Below are positions 24,901-36,937 of a DNA stretch of 64,000 nucleotides, one piece after another. How positions within the stretch are numbered: position 1 is the stretch's first letter; every line of letters starts with the position of its first letter. The position numbers and the translations under genes are program-made. The notes beneath the pieces were generated by a model that was not told the DNA's origin, did not search any database, and was given only the letters and a program-made list of their open reading frames with translations. The DNA is from Bugula neritina (Eukaryota > Animalia > Bryozoa). The stretch spans positions 5,985,190 through 6,049,189 of the forward strand of contig OZ037771.1 of assembly GCA_964035545.1 (NCBI GenBank), read 5' to 3'.

Positions 24901-27900
24901 ATGCATTTCTATATTATAAGTGTTTGTTTCCTTTTCTGCATACAAACCATCACTGGTGAGTTATCTTTGCTTGATTTTATTTTATTCCTGATTTAACAAA
25001 CAAAACACGATTATGTGTTGAAACTAGCGCTTCATGTTCCTATAAAACAACTGAGTGAGTTGGTGAGGTGAAGATACAAACCACATAGTCATCAAGGGCT
25101 CTAATATAAGCATGTTATTTTTTGCATCATATAACATAAAACTCAAATTATATAGCTTTTGATGGGTCTTTTTCTTTAGATAACTAATTTTATGCTAAAT
25201 TATAACCTTTTTATACAGTTTTTTTACTTGGCCCTTGTATTTAAATAATTTGTTTGTCAGCCAATTTTCATCTTTAGTAATCCTATATAGTTTATAAATA
25301 CATACTGTAATGCATATTTACATATTCGAAGGCTGTAATGAATGCTGCCAAGCTGGAGGTTCATGTGGAGATGCCGTGTTTGATGACTGCGTAGGCGGGA
25401 GCTGGGACTACAGAATATCCTGCTCTCCCAGCTATCACGCATGCTGTGTCCCTTCCAACCCCACGAGACCTACATCCACCACTTCACGGACCCACCCCAC
25501 GACGTCTAGCACTCATTCCGCCACTCCATCTGTCACTCCACCCTCTCGACCAGACTCCCCTGCCCCCTCTCACTCTCCACCCGTTTCTAGTGAGTCATCG
25601 AGTTCTATATTTTTAATTAATCGCCTTGAATGGGTCACAATGTATATTTTCTGGTTATTAGGTTAAAGCCGAAACTCCATGTAGTGTTTCTGTTGGTATT
25701 AGTATTTATTTACTGCTAATTAATCATGTGCTGTGCTTTCAGAAGGCACAAAGAGAAGTGAACTCCATAAATGTCTTTTGTGTAGATTGTTTTGAAACAC
25801 ATTGTTGCTTGCACTTTTCTGGTAAACTTGTCAGGAAATTGTGGATATAAGAAAAACTCTGCACCACGTATTGTTGGGGGTGACATAGCCGTGCCCAACT
25901 CATGGCCATGGATTGCTCAGTTAGAACGAGACTATTTTGGTTGGAATGGGTGGGAGCACTTCTGTGGCTCTACACTGATATCTGACCGATGGGTGGTGAC
26001 AGCAGCACATTGCGTTGCTAAGTATAACGAGTAGGTTCTAAATGCTGCCGGCTTTTCCAACAGCACCTCTGCACTGTCAGCCTGTAGCACCCCTGTGGTG
26101 TCAGCCTGTAGCACCTCTGTGGTGTCAGCCTGTAGCACCCCTGTGGTGTCAGCCTGTAGCACCTCTGTGCTGTCACCCTCTAGCACCCATGCGCTGTCAG
26201 CCTATAGCATCTCTGTGCTGTCAGCCTGTAGCACCTCTGTGCTGTCAGCCTGCAGCACCCATGCGCTGTCAGCCTGCAGTAGGCCTGCGCTGTCAGCCTG
26301 TAGCACCTCTGTGGTGTCAGTCTGTAGCACATAGCTCTTCCCAACCGCCTTAATAGCTTCTTCTTGCTTGCAGATTGCGGTAGGCGAATAGAGCATGCTC
26401 TCTCCTCTCACCCTTTGATTGTGGGAGGTCAACAAGCTCACCCAAACAGTTGGCCATGGCAGGCTTCATTGCAGGAAGACTTTGGCTGGGCTGGCTACTT
26501 CCACTTCTGCGGTGCAACACTCATTACTAGTAGATTTGTTGTTACAGCTGCACACTGCGTTGGCAACTGGTCAGTAACTGCTATTACATGCTACCCAATG
26601 ATTTGTTTTATTTAGTGTTGTGTATAACTACTGCTACTGCTACTGCTACTGCTACTGCTACTGCTACTGCTACTGCTACTGCTACTGCTACTGCTACTGC
26701 TACTGCTACTGCTACTGCTACTGCTACTGCTACTGCTACTGCTACTGCTACTGCTACTGCTACTGCTACTGCTACTGCTACTGCTACTGCTACTGCTACT
26801 GCTACTGCTACTGCTACTGCTACTGCTACTGCTACTGCTACTGCTACTGCTACTGCTACTGCTACTGCTACTGCTACTGCTACTGCTACTGCTACTGCTA
26901 CTGCTACTTCTACTTCTGCTACTACTGCTGCTACTACCACAACTACAACTACTGCTACTTCTAATTCCACTTCTGCTGCTACTGCTGCACTACTGCTGCT
27001 ACTACCACAACTACAACTACTGCTACTTTAACTTCTACTTCTGCTGCTACTACTACTGCTATTTTGAACACTAATGCTTGTTCTGCTACAACTAATAATA
27101 TTGATTGATTTATTGCATATCACAAACATGACAATACGTTGTGAAATTCAGTGTAAATACTGGCTATAGCATAAGTAAGAATGAACAAAAATGAGAGAAA
27201 AAGTCAAAACTCTGTTGCATTATTTAGAATAAAAGCTCATTTAAAGTATTTGCAAGATGTCGCAAGAAGCTATCTCTGCCCCATGCCCCTCTATATTTGA
27301 TGGTTCGATATCTTCCAGAAGGGCATTGACTCAGAAAGTTATTGATGAAATGGTCGTTGTCTACTATATATTTGATATAGCATAAGCTGTATATTGCGTT
27401 TATTACTTTGAGCTTTTATATTGTAGGGCCGACCCAAATATGTTCAGAGTGGTTTTGGGAGAACATGACAGAACTGCTACTTCTGGCCGAGAAGTTATCG
27501 CCTCCATCAAAAGAATTATTGTTGTAAGTCTAGCATTAAATGGATTCGTAGAGTGTTATCATGTATATAGAAATAGAGAACTGCTAACAAATTAAAAATA
27601 AGAGAACAACCCTTAATTTCAAAATGGTGATTGATTTGCTGGGCATGACTTTATATAGATCGGGGTTCAAAAAGCTTTTCCTAAAATGTATTGGTATACG
27701 CACATAAATTTTACTTTCTTTCTTATTTGCATAAAGATTTTTTATTTTTGATGAAGCCTTTGAGATCTCTGGGAATGATGTATCCCATTTTACTGCTCAA
27801 AATGTGGCCTCATTGTGACTCCGTGCATGGGGTCAAGCCAAGGTCATTGCTGATGCCAGGAAAAGCATCTGATCATAATGGTTCCTGTGTCACAGTAAAT

Positions 27901-29956
27901 TCTTTTTCAAATCATGTAGCTAGCATGGTAAGAGGCATAGTCTTTGGGTCTTTTGAAAACCCTAGTAATCAGGGGCTCTCACAAAAACAAACTCAAACAA
28001 GATGGGTTGAATTTCACAGCTCAAAACTTCAGTCAGTTATATTTTGATAAACTTTTGAGTATAAAATTAATGAAAAGGCATATTATGGTAGTATGTTTTG
28101 TAAATGTTGAGAGACACAGCTCATTACATGCTGCATTCACTGTCTTGTCAGCACGAAGACTGGAGTGCTGATGTAAGAGGATCGCCAAGTGATTTGGCTC
28201 TTTTGGAGTTATCAACTCCCGTTGAGTTTAATGACTACATTCAGCCAGTCTGCCTTCCAGAATATCAGCATCAAGATTTCTATCCTGAAGATGATTGCTG
28301 GATCAGCGGATGGGGAGATACTAAAGGTTCGGCATTTTCTTCAACCGATTAATTACACACTATTACAGTAGTATTGGTAATGTTATATATACTGTATCTA
28401 TAATGTTGATTTGACATTTTACCTAATATATTATGTGTTCAACTAAATGTTCTGTAATCAAATTTAGCCTGTGTTACAGGCACTGGAGATAGCAACTTTC
28501 TTCAAGAAGTCAAGCTAAACATAACACCCTACGAGGAGTGCAGAAACAAATGGCTAACAGGTCCTCATTCTATAGCTGTGTCTCACTGTAATAGTTCTCA
28601 GTCTATAGCTGTGTCTCACTTTAATAGTTCTCAGTCTATAGCATGTCTCCACTGTAGTAGTCCTCACTCTATAGCCATGTCTCACTCACTATAATAATTC
28701 TCAGTCCATAGCCATGTCTCAATGTAGTAGTTCTCAGTCTATAGCTGTGTCTCACTGACAATTTGATTGTTTTCAGTCTCTTGAAAATGGTTTTATTTTT
28801 TTAAAATAAATTTTTAGGAAATTTAAAGCTAAATTTATAAAAATTAATTCAATTGAGACAAACCAAGTCAATATTGCATGGTCAAGTTGAATGCGCTGGT
28901 TCGAAATTTGACATCTGTGCATTGTCATTAAAGTACTACAATATTAAACTGCCACTTTAAATTAGTTTGTGTTTGTTTCTTGTAGCTGCAACTGATTCAA
29001 TTAATAGAGGAAAAACTCCTCATTCCTGTTGTCAGGATGGCTGTCACATTTAGACAATTTCCTGCAGTTTTTTAAAACATAATTTGTATTTTATTTAGCC
29101 ATCAGACATAAGTGTTGTTGCATTATATGCAAACTAATATATGTCAATACAGGTACTGGTGGTAAAGATTATGTGAAAACATCTCATGTCTGTATTGGAA
29201 ATGGCGTACCAGGTGCTTGCAATGTGAGTTAAAGACTGTTAATGTGTAATTTAGTATTTTATTTCCTGCCCAAAACCTAGCCTCAACATAAAGTTTCCAC
29301 ATGTGGGCCATATATTGCTATGTCCCACACAGAGGTGTTATACTATTAGTTGCTGTGTGATGACTGCCAATAAGTATAATTTATTAATTTAAACAATGCC
29401 TTTGATAAAAACCTGCTAGTTGAGAGTTGTTATTAGTAAATGTTGGCTATAGTTTCTTTGCTCTATTGAACATTTGACAGAAGGCAACTGGCAACATGCT
29501 TGCATGACCAACCCAAAGTAAAAGTGAAGTTTTTTGCTCTTTTGATATGATATCTAGAATGTATAATGTGTAAACTGAGTGCGTGCGCAGTGTGTGAATT
29601 GTATAAATATATTTATGAGCTAAATAAATGTATGTGTAAACTGTATAAATGCATGTGTGTACTGTATAAATGAATGTGCGTACTGTATACATGAATGTGT
29701 GTACTGTATACATGAATGTGCAAACTGTATGCATGTGTGTGAATTATATAAATGTGTATGAAATGTATAAATGTACAAGTTTTCTCATTTCCAGGGCGAC
29801 TCTGGCGGGCCCCTAGTCTGTGCCCGAGACAACAAATACACACTGGTTGGAGCCACTTCCTTCGGGGCAGCTGGTTGCCAGGAACCTGAGGCTCCCAATG
29901 TTTACACTAAGATTTCTCACTTCCTTCCTTGGATTTTGGAGAAGATCAGCCCATAA
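24901..29956 (+). CDS. Secreted S1A (chymotrypsin-fold) serine protease zymogen with N-terminal Cys-rich module and P/S/T linker; two alternative activation-site exons
   Basis: Exons 24901-24955 (signal peptide [18 protein letters not shown]), 25332-25589, [25835-26030 or 26374-26569] (IVGG...TAAHC), 27427-27523, 28152-28326 (DLALLEL; CWISGWG), 28480-28560, 29153-29223, 29795-29956 (GDSGGPLVC). The His/Asp/Ser triad is intact; AATAAA at ~30013. Confidence 0.9.
25835..26030 (+). CDS. Protease alternative exon A ([11 protein letters not shown]|IVGG...TAAHC)
   Basis: tgtcag acceptor, GA|gtaggt donor, 196 nt, phase 1 in / phase 2 out, open frame. Confidence 0.85.
26062..26330. repeat. 24-bp minisatellite (~11 copies) filling the intron between protease exons A and B
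   Basis: Unit TGTCAGCCTGTAGCACCTCTGTGG/C. Confidence 0.93.
26374..26569 (+). CDS. Protease alternative exon B ([14 protein letters not shown]|IVGG...TAAHC)
   Basis: ttgcag acceptor, TG|gtcagt donor, 196 nt, phase 1 in / phase 2 out, open frame. Confidence 0.85.
26628..27060. repeat. (GCTACT)n hexamer microsatellite with a degenerate tail
   Basis: Perfect run ~26630-26906, then degenerate CTA/CTG triplets. Confidence 0.97.
28565..28757. repeat. ~33-bp minisatellite immediately after a protease donor
   Basis: Unit ~TCTCAGTCTATAGCTGTGTCTCACTGTAATAGT; starts about 5 nt after the donor at 28561. Confidence 0.85.
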
Positions 29957-31118
29957 TGTTACAGCAACCTTGTCCCTAATTACCTGCTGTGTCATTTATT
30001 CATTGCAGCTGAAATAAAACTGTTGGCAAAATATCATAACTAATTCCTACTTATTTAAATCACTTGGTGTATGTCTATCGTTATTGCTCTTTAAAATAGA
30101 GGCAGACAGAAATAAGACTTTGCTGCTAAATCTGGTAAAAATGCTACCTCCGCATTGATATACCTTCACATTACTGTTAGTATCTATATTAATGTGGCAT
30201 TTGAAATGCGACCAATAACTCAGTGTCAAGGTTTTGTTGGTTTATATAACATTCCGATTAAAAAGGTATATCAAGATTTTATATTCTAATAGTAAATATG
30301 CATTTTCTCTATTGGTTTATAAATATCAAAATAATTATAGTGTCACATTTAAGCAATGACAGCGAGACGCGCAGGGGAGACGAAATAGTCAAAAACAATC
30401 ATAAATTCTCGTGGATAGCTTTTTATAAACAACGAGATGATTATAATTTATTAATTTTTTCCAGCATCTTATGAACTATTTACTCAAATTCAGCAACTAT
30501 TTGTTGTTGCGAAATGACTTGTGTAAAAATAGTTTAAGAGGATAACAGTCCTGGACTGGATTAGAGCAAAAGATGATAAATGATTGTTTTTCATTCCCGC
30601 TGCATTCCAATTACTTTTGCTGATGATATGCACATGTTTTTCCTAAAATCATTCTTAGCTTAACTTTAGAAGAGCAATCCATGACTTGGTATCAAGGCCA
30701 CTGTGGATTTAGCAAAACCATAAAAAATCAGTAGAGAAATACTTTCGAAAAGACTTGCGGGATCATCTCCCCTACACAGCTTGCTCTAACGCAGTGCTTT
30801 TTACATAAAGTCATGTTACAGTTCTTTACGTATCGGCCATTATACATCTATAAAATAATTATTCTGAACTGAGTATAGCTGTACTTTTAGATACTGAAAC
30901 CCGTGCACTCTTTAACCAAATACAGTACTAACTGTTGCTAGAATGGTGTTCAACCTACTATAAACAATCGAACATTAATAATATGACATTCTTGGCAGCC
31001 GCTATATAACTTGCTCAAATTAGATATTCATATATATTATATTATAGAACTGCACATGTATTACTTCTGCTGCATACAGCTACGTTATACATTTGGTGTT
31101 GCTCTATTATGTTTTGAG

Positions 31119-34100
31119 TTAGAGAGATCCGGGACAGATAAATGTGGTGCTCCAATCACAGCGACAGTTAACAGTATTGAACTTAAGACCACCGTTACAC
31201 CTGAACTTCCCTCTTGACTTTAAGGACGATGACAAGGTGTTGTGGATGCCAGAGTAGTAAGACGAGCAGTTAGTGGTCGGGACCAGAGAGTAACTGCAAT
31301 ATATAATACAGCATATACAGTATACGCAATATCTGGAGATCAGCAACCCACATGATGTCTAGAGTCTAACAGAAGTACATGATGTTTAGAGTCTAACAGG
31401 AATACATGATGTTTAGAGACTAACAGAAGTGCACGATGTCTAGAGACTAACAGAAGTGCACGATGTCTAGAGACTAACAGAAGCACATGATGTCTAGAGT
31501 CTAACAGGAATACATGATGTCTAGAGTCTAACAGGAATACATGATGTCTAGGGACTAACAGAAGTACACAATCTCTAGAAAGGTAGATACTCACAAGCTG
31601 CCATAAGCCTGGCACCAATAGTCGGTTGGCACTCCATCTACAAATTTTGTTACTTCGGCTCTAGGCAGGACGGATATTTCTACAACATGAGATATTGCAA
31701 TGAATGAAAGAGCAACTCCTTTATGTTGGGGTTAAAACTTTGAATGCAACAAACTGTGGCAGTGTCACTTTATAAGTCTTGCATTTACAAGTATTAGATC
31801 GGCTTTCATAGTTGACGTGACAGATATCTATTTCTATCGGTATGATTCACTTTTCTTATAAAAAATAGTTAAGTACTTTTTTCTTTGCAATGCAGGAGCA
31901 CACTGTTTAAAGTTGAGCTAGCATATCTTGTACATTTAGGTTTTGGAATTTTTATAAAGAAATTTCCGCAGTGAAACACTAGACAAACACTAGACAAACA
32001 CAGTAAAATAGGAACAGCACAAAAACCCCAGCTTTCACTATGGGGAGACTACCTCAACTATTGTAAGTCTATGTGATAAGGATCTACAGGCTAAAGTTTC
32101 TTAGTCCCACTAGCTTAGTAAGCTTAATGTAAAACTTGTAGACTATTTAAAATCCACCTTTACCATTTCCTTTAGAGCTTCTATGAAATGGCATGTAAAT
32201 ACTGTGGTCGGATGTATCAGAAGTTGCATATTAAGACTACATACACAGGGTATTAGGCAAGATAACAATGGCTACCACCTACTTGTGGTGGTCTCTAGCC
32301 CTTCACCAAGAGTAGCTGTTGAGGTTGGTGAGAATGCGGTGGTGGTTTCGGTGTCATTCCCGTCAGTTGAATTGAAGAAAGTATTATTCCCTTCAAGGAA
32401 AGAAGAAGGGCTGGCCGTAGTCTGAAAGCAAACAGGTGTGGCTTTTCAATCTATGCACTGTATAGGATTATCCCCTGCTTTCCATGCAGAGAAATAGGTT
32501 GGGACAACCCAGATGAAGTGTAAAGACTAGTCATGTTAAATGAAGTACCCACACCCTTTAGCCTCATCTAATTACCACCTATCAACTTCACCCTTATTTT
32601 AAATTATATACCTATTAGGTAGTGCTACATGGGTGAGTTTGCACTACAGTCCATTTACAACCTTAATATAAAATCATTATATCAACTATTAGAATAAACA
32701 CACCCTAACTAATTAAACACTGAAATGCATGAACATGTCTCCTTGAAAGGTAACACTGCTTAATTCCTGTTGGAGCATTGTCCAGTAATAAAACATCTAT
32801 AAATACAGCCTTTGTGCAAAACTTTCCATTAAAAACAAGTAATAATATAAACCATTAAATATTCAAAGAATTTCTGTGCCATAATAGTTTTGAGAGTTGT
32901 TGAAAGCTGTGTAGTGACAAGGGTCTGGAATGATATCTCTGCCAACTGTATATGCTAATTCACACATACCCAAGCGTTTTTACTATTCTAATTCACTGAC
33001 GTTGATTGTGGAAAACAAGAATACAGATTAGTCTACATGAAAGTGTTGGATTGTTTCACAATTTGAACTCAAATACAAGACAGCTGCAGTAACACTGTTG
33101 GTAGATTGTACTGCTTTCTTTGTTACACTAGTGGGCAGTAATTATTCAGGGAGTGAAACTGGTTCTAATAATACACCTGGTATAGCCTATTCTATAACAC
33201 AACGTGCTGTAAAAGAAGACATGATGCCATACCACTTGCAAGAATGTTCCCTAAGGCTACAATTTTTTTCATACAGCATGTATGGTGCGCGCATATTATA
33301 TGTGTATATTATGTGTGTATATTATGTGTGTATATTATATGTGTATATTATGTGGGAGTGCGTGTGCGTACGTGCGTGCGTGTGTAACGTGTGTAGTGTG
33401 GTGTGTAGTGTGTGTGTGTGTGTGTAATGTGTGTAGTGTGCGTATTTTTGTTGCCAATGCTGCACATCACAGCCTAGCTGCTTGTGTACAGTAATTAGTG
33501 TAAGTGTGTATATGAATGGGTAAGTTATTTGTTTGAGATCACCACCCAGCCTAGAATTACATCACATATTTAATAAATTATTAAACTTATGAATAAATTT
33601 GCATAATATTTCACTAAAATTATTTAAATTCAAATTATGTAAAAGTGGTAGACATTTTTCACAAGCAATATAGGCATATTACGTATTTTAACAACTATTT
33701 ATAACTTCATAGTAAATAGCCTAAAACTGACACCAATACCCTGATAAACGCCCTATTACATTCATAACTAAGAATTTAAGAAAGTCTAAAGCTTCAAAAA
33801 ATATTTTTAACTTGCAAGTTTTGCACCATCATATAATTTACAACAAATTAAATTAAATCCCTTATTTCAACATATGTTTGAATATGTCTATAATTTTCTG
33901 TAACTCTTAAAATAATTTTCACATCATTGTAAGTGCATGTGTAAATTTTACTATTTGCTTCAAGCATAGAAGGGAGGTGCTTCAACAAAGCTCTGTGTAG
34001 GCTGTAGACCATCAGCCCTTTGAGTGATATTTCTTACTCTTACATTAACTCCTGGAAGAACTGTGTAAACCTTCACAGACCATAGTTTTACTACTATTCA

Positions 34101-36937
34101 CCTAAATACTGGATGTTAGAATCAAAATAGACATCTTACCTGCTGGCTACCAATACTTGAGCCGGCCACCACTGTTACGTCATTCCAGTAGTTAGTCAAT
34201 GACTCAGCTATCAGGAATCTTACAAAGACAAAGACATACAGTATAAATGTAGCCTCCTACATCAAAGATATAATCACCAGTTTATCATATATAATAAGCA
34301 ATCCACACTTCTTCAAGTAATATGCCACGCAATGTAGTCAAAAATGGGCAGTTCAAACTGTAAAATCTTAACCTAGTAAAATTAAGAAAACATATACTCA
34401 TAAATCACATTTTCATTTTCAAGGTAGAGGTAACTACCTGCATTTCACATTAGTCAAGTCGGCACTAGGTGGAATGTTCCAGCTTTGGGTAAAGACTGTA
34501 TGACGTGAGAAATCATTCTTTACAATACTTGCGCTCTGTAAACATCAAGTTGAAAATATATTACAACTTTTGGTGTTCCACCATACTATAAGTATGATAA
34601 TCAAGTCATGCTATGTTTTTGATAAAGCAAAAAAATGAGGCAGAATTACTGTACAGAACAAAATTTTGTAGCAATGCAGCTTTAACCGTCAAGCAACACA
34701 TGCGATACAATACACTGCACAGTTACCCAATCAATAAACATGTGCAAAATAATACATTGCACTTCACATCTACCCAATAGACTTGTGCGATACAATATAC
34801 ACTTTACAGTTACCCAATGGACATGTGTGATGCAATACACTACAATTCACGGCTATCCAGTAGATATGTGTGATGCAATACACTACAATTCACGGCTATC
34901 CAATAGACATGTGCAATGCAATAGACTGCACAATACAGCTGCTCTATTGCGGCAACTTCTAACTCAATGTGTCATAAGCGACATAAAGTGACACTTAGTA
35001 CAAGGTTATAGGAGGTGGTCTGATATGCAGACATTTCAAACTACAACAGAACTTGACACTTTGCCTCCATCTAATTGTCCTCACCCCATCATTGCAGGTG
35101 ACTTGCGTGTATCCATGGAGGGGTTCGTCCCACACCCCTGCTGCATCCACCCAAGCATTGTTTTGCTTGTCAACAGGAGTAGCAACAATTCCAGCAATTG
35201 TTCCACTTGGTGTGGAAGGAGCAATTTGCACTGCAGAAGGAGAACAAACATATGAGTTTCTATTAATATTAAATATACTTCCCAATTCGTCTCCTCACAC
35301 AGTCTGGCAGGTTTTCCAGAACATGTAACATTATAATATAATTTTGACAGTTTTTAGACATGGCTGCTGTTTCCTAAACTAAAATAAGTTTGAAATGACT
35401 GCTAGGAATAATGACTCATTGTGACACAGTTTACTTGATAGTCAACAAATAGAAATCAGAGAATTTTTAATACACTTTATAGCTGTATATCAGTATGGAT
35501 TGCATTACATTTTTGAGGTTTTACTTTACTGGCAAACATTTTATCAAGTTTTATGTTGCTAGCTCTGCTCTCTGCCTATCATGGCATGTGTCATCAGGTT
35601 GCCACATGTTCAGGTGTGCAGCATTCAGTAGGCAACTGTAGGGTGTAGCTCTCTTGTGACACACTGACTCATTATACCACACTGACTCATTAGACCACTG
35701 TGACACAATTAGTCAGTGTGGTACAATGACTTAGTGTGTCACAAGAGATCTACATCCTACAGTTGCCTACTGAATGCTACACACACTGGGGCATGTAGCA
35801 ACCTGATGACACATGCCATGGTAGGCAGAGAGCAGAGCTAGCAACATAAAACCTGATAAAGTATTTGCCTTCAAAGCCAAACCTCAAAAATGTGATGCAA
35901 TCCATATTTATATACCGCTATGCAGCTATTAAAAATTCTCTGATTTATATTTGTTGACTATAAGGTAGACTAAAATGCCACACAAAGTAGACAACACGTG
36001 TGTTACGGTGCTGTAAAGTACAGTATAAAACTAAATACGTTGGCACTTAGTTGCTTGCTATAAATGATTAGGTTTTCTCTTCCAGGTGTGACTAATAGCA
36101 TATGGGAAGCCCTCCCAGATATGCAGAGATTATTGCATGGATTATAGTATTAGTGAGACAGACAAGGATGTGCTAACAGATATATTATACGAATTATGAA
36201 AGATTAGCTGCTACTATAAACAGCTGAAGCAACAGTTATTGGGAGAGGTTGTTGTTAAATAACTAAATATATGGCACCATATTGTACTATGACTTTTAGA
36301 CTTAACTCATCCTTATATTTTTTATGTAGTAATTGTCTTTTAGAAATAGACATTACTTGAAAGCATTTATTTTATAATTTAAATAAATGCTTGAAGTAAA
36401 TCCTTTCAGCCATTACTTTTGCTCATCTTAATTTTAAAAATCAACATAATTTATTCGGGTGTATTGAACCAAAGGTTATATTTTACTAAACAGATTTATA
36501 ACTGTATTCTCCAGAATTAAAGGTGGGAGGGGGTGTGTTTGGTGAACTGTTTACCTGCATTACATTTTACAGTGGATAGCAAAAACTTTCATAAGTTCTA
36601 ATAATTAAATGGCGCTTGAACCAAAGGCTTGATGTCAGCTATCAACTTAGCTGAGATAAAGTACATAGTCTAGAACTAGAAAATACATTATAACAAAGTA
36701 GGTAGTTACCAGATAGCAACAGTGATTTTAACTTGATTTATGTTAGAACTCACTAATGAGCTTGGAGCCGTCAGGTGAGGGAGAGCAGAGCACTGTATAA
36801 GGCAAGGTGTCCAGAGGTTGACTTGTGGACCCAAGTGGATACCATGTAGAACAGACACTGAGACTCAACAGACTGGTAGGCTTGGCAGAAACCGTCATCG
36901 CCAATACCAAGACGAGCTTCACTGCGTGTTTAAACAT
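31119..36937 (-). CDS. Secreted protein: signal peptide + divergent Reeler-like domain + Thr/Ser-rich linker + chitin-binding type-2 (CBM14/peritrophin-A)-like domain
   Basis: Phase-compatible exons 36937-36754, 35230-35085, 34535-34438, 34218-34140, 32421-32283, 31679-31595, 31293-31119. The Reeler-like end reads 'QSWNIPPSADLTNVKCRFLIAESLTNYW'. The C-terminus 'YWC...TNCSSYY...FRCNGGLKFNTVNCRCDW...IC' matches the CBM14 pattern. Domain calls are by eye. Confidence 0.72.
31349..31575. repeat. 27-bp minisatellite (~8 copies) filling most of the last intron of the Reeler/CBM14 gene
   Basis: Unit ACATGATGTCTAGAGTCTAACAGAAGT. Confidence 0.9.
35428..35971. mobile_element. Long foldback (palindromic) element, ~260-bp arms
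   Basis: 35428-35690 is the imperfect reverse complement of 35708-35971 (e.g. GTTGCTAGCTCTGCTCTCTGCCTA / TAGGCAGAGAGCAGAGCTAGCAAC), with a short central spacer. Confidence 0.85.

Noticed and set aside
26042-26353. Cys-rich 'CQPVAPLW' keratin-associated-like ORF
   Set aside because: Product of the 24-bp intronic repeat; no splice or start context supports it.
25835-26569. Two-domain (tandem) protease or two separate protease genes
   Set aside because: Only one set of Asp and Ser exons follows, A+B joining produces an immediate stop, and exon B has no signal-peptide exon of its own.
26588-27031. Poly(AT)/poly(VA)/poly(CY) ORFs
   Set aside because: Translations of the (GCTACT)n microsatellite.
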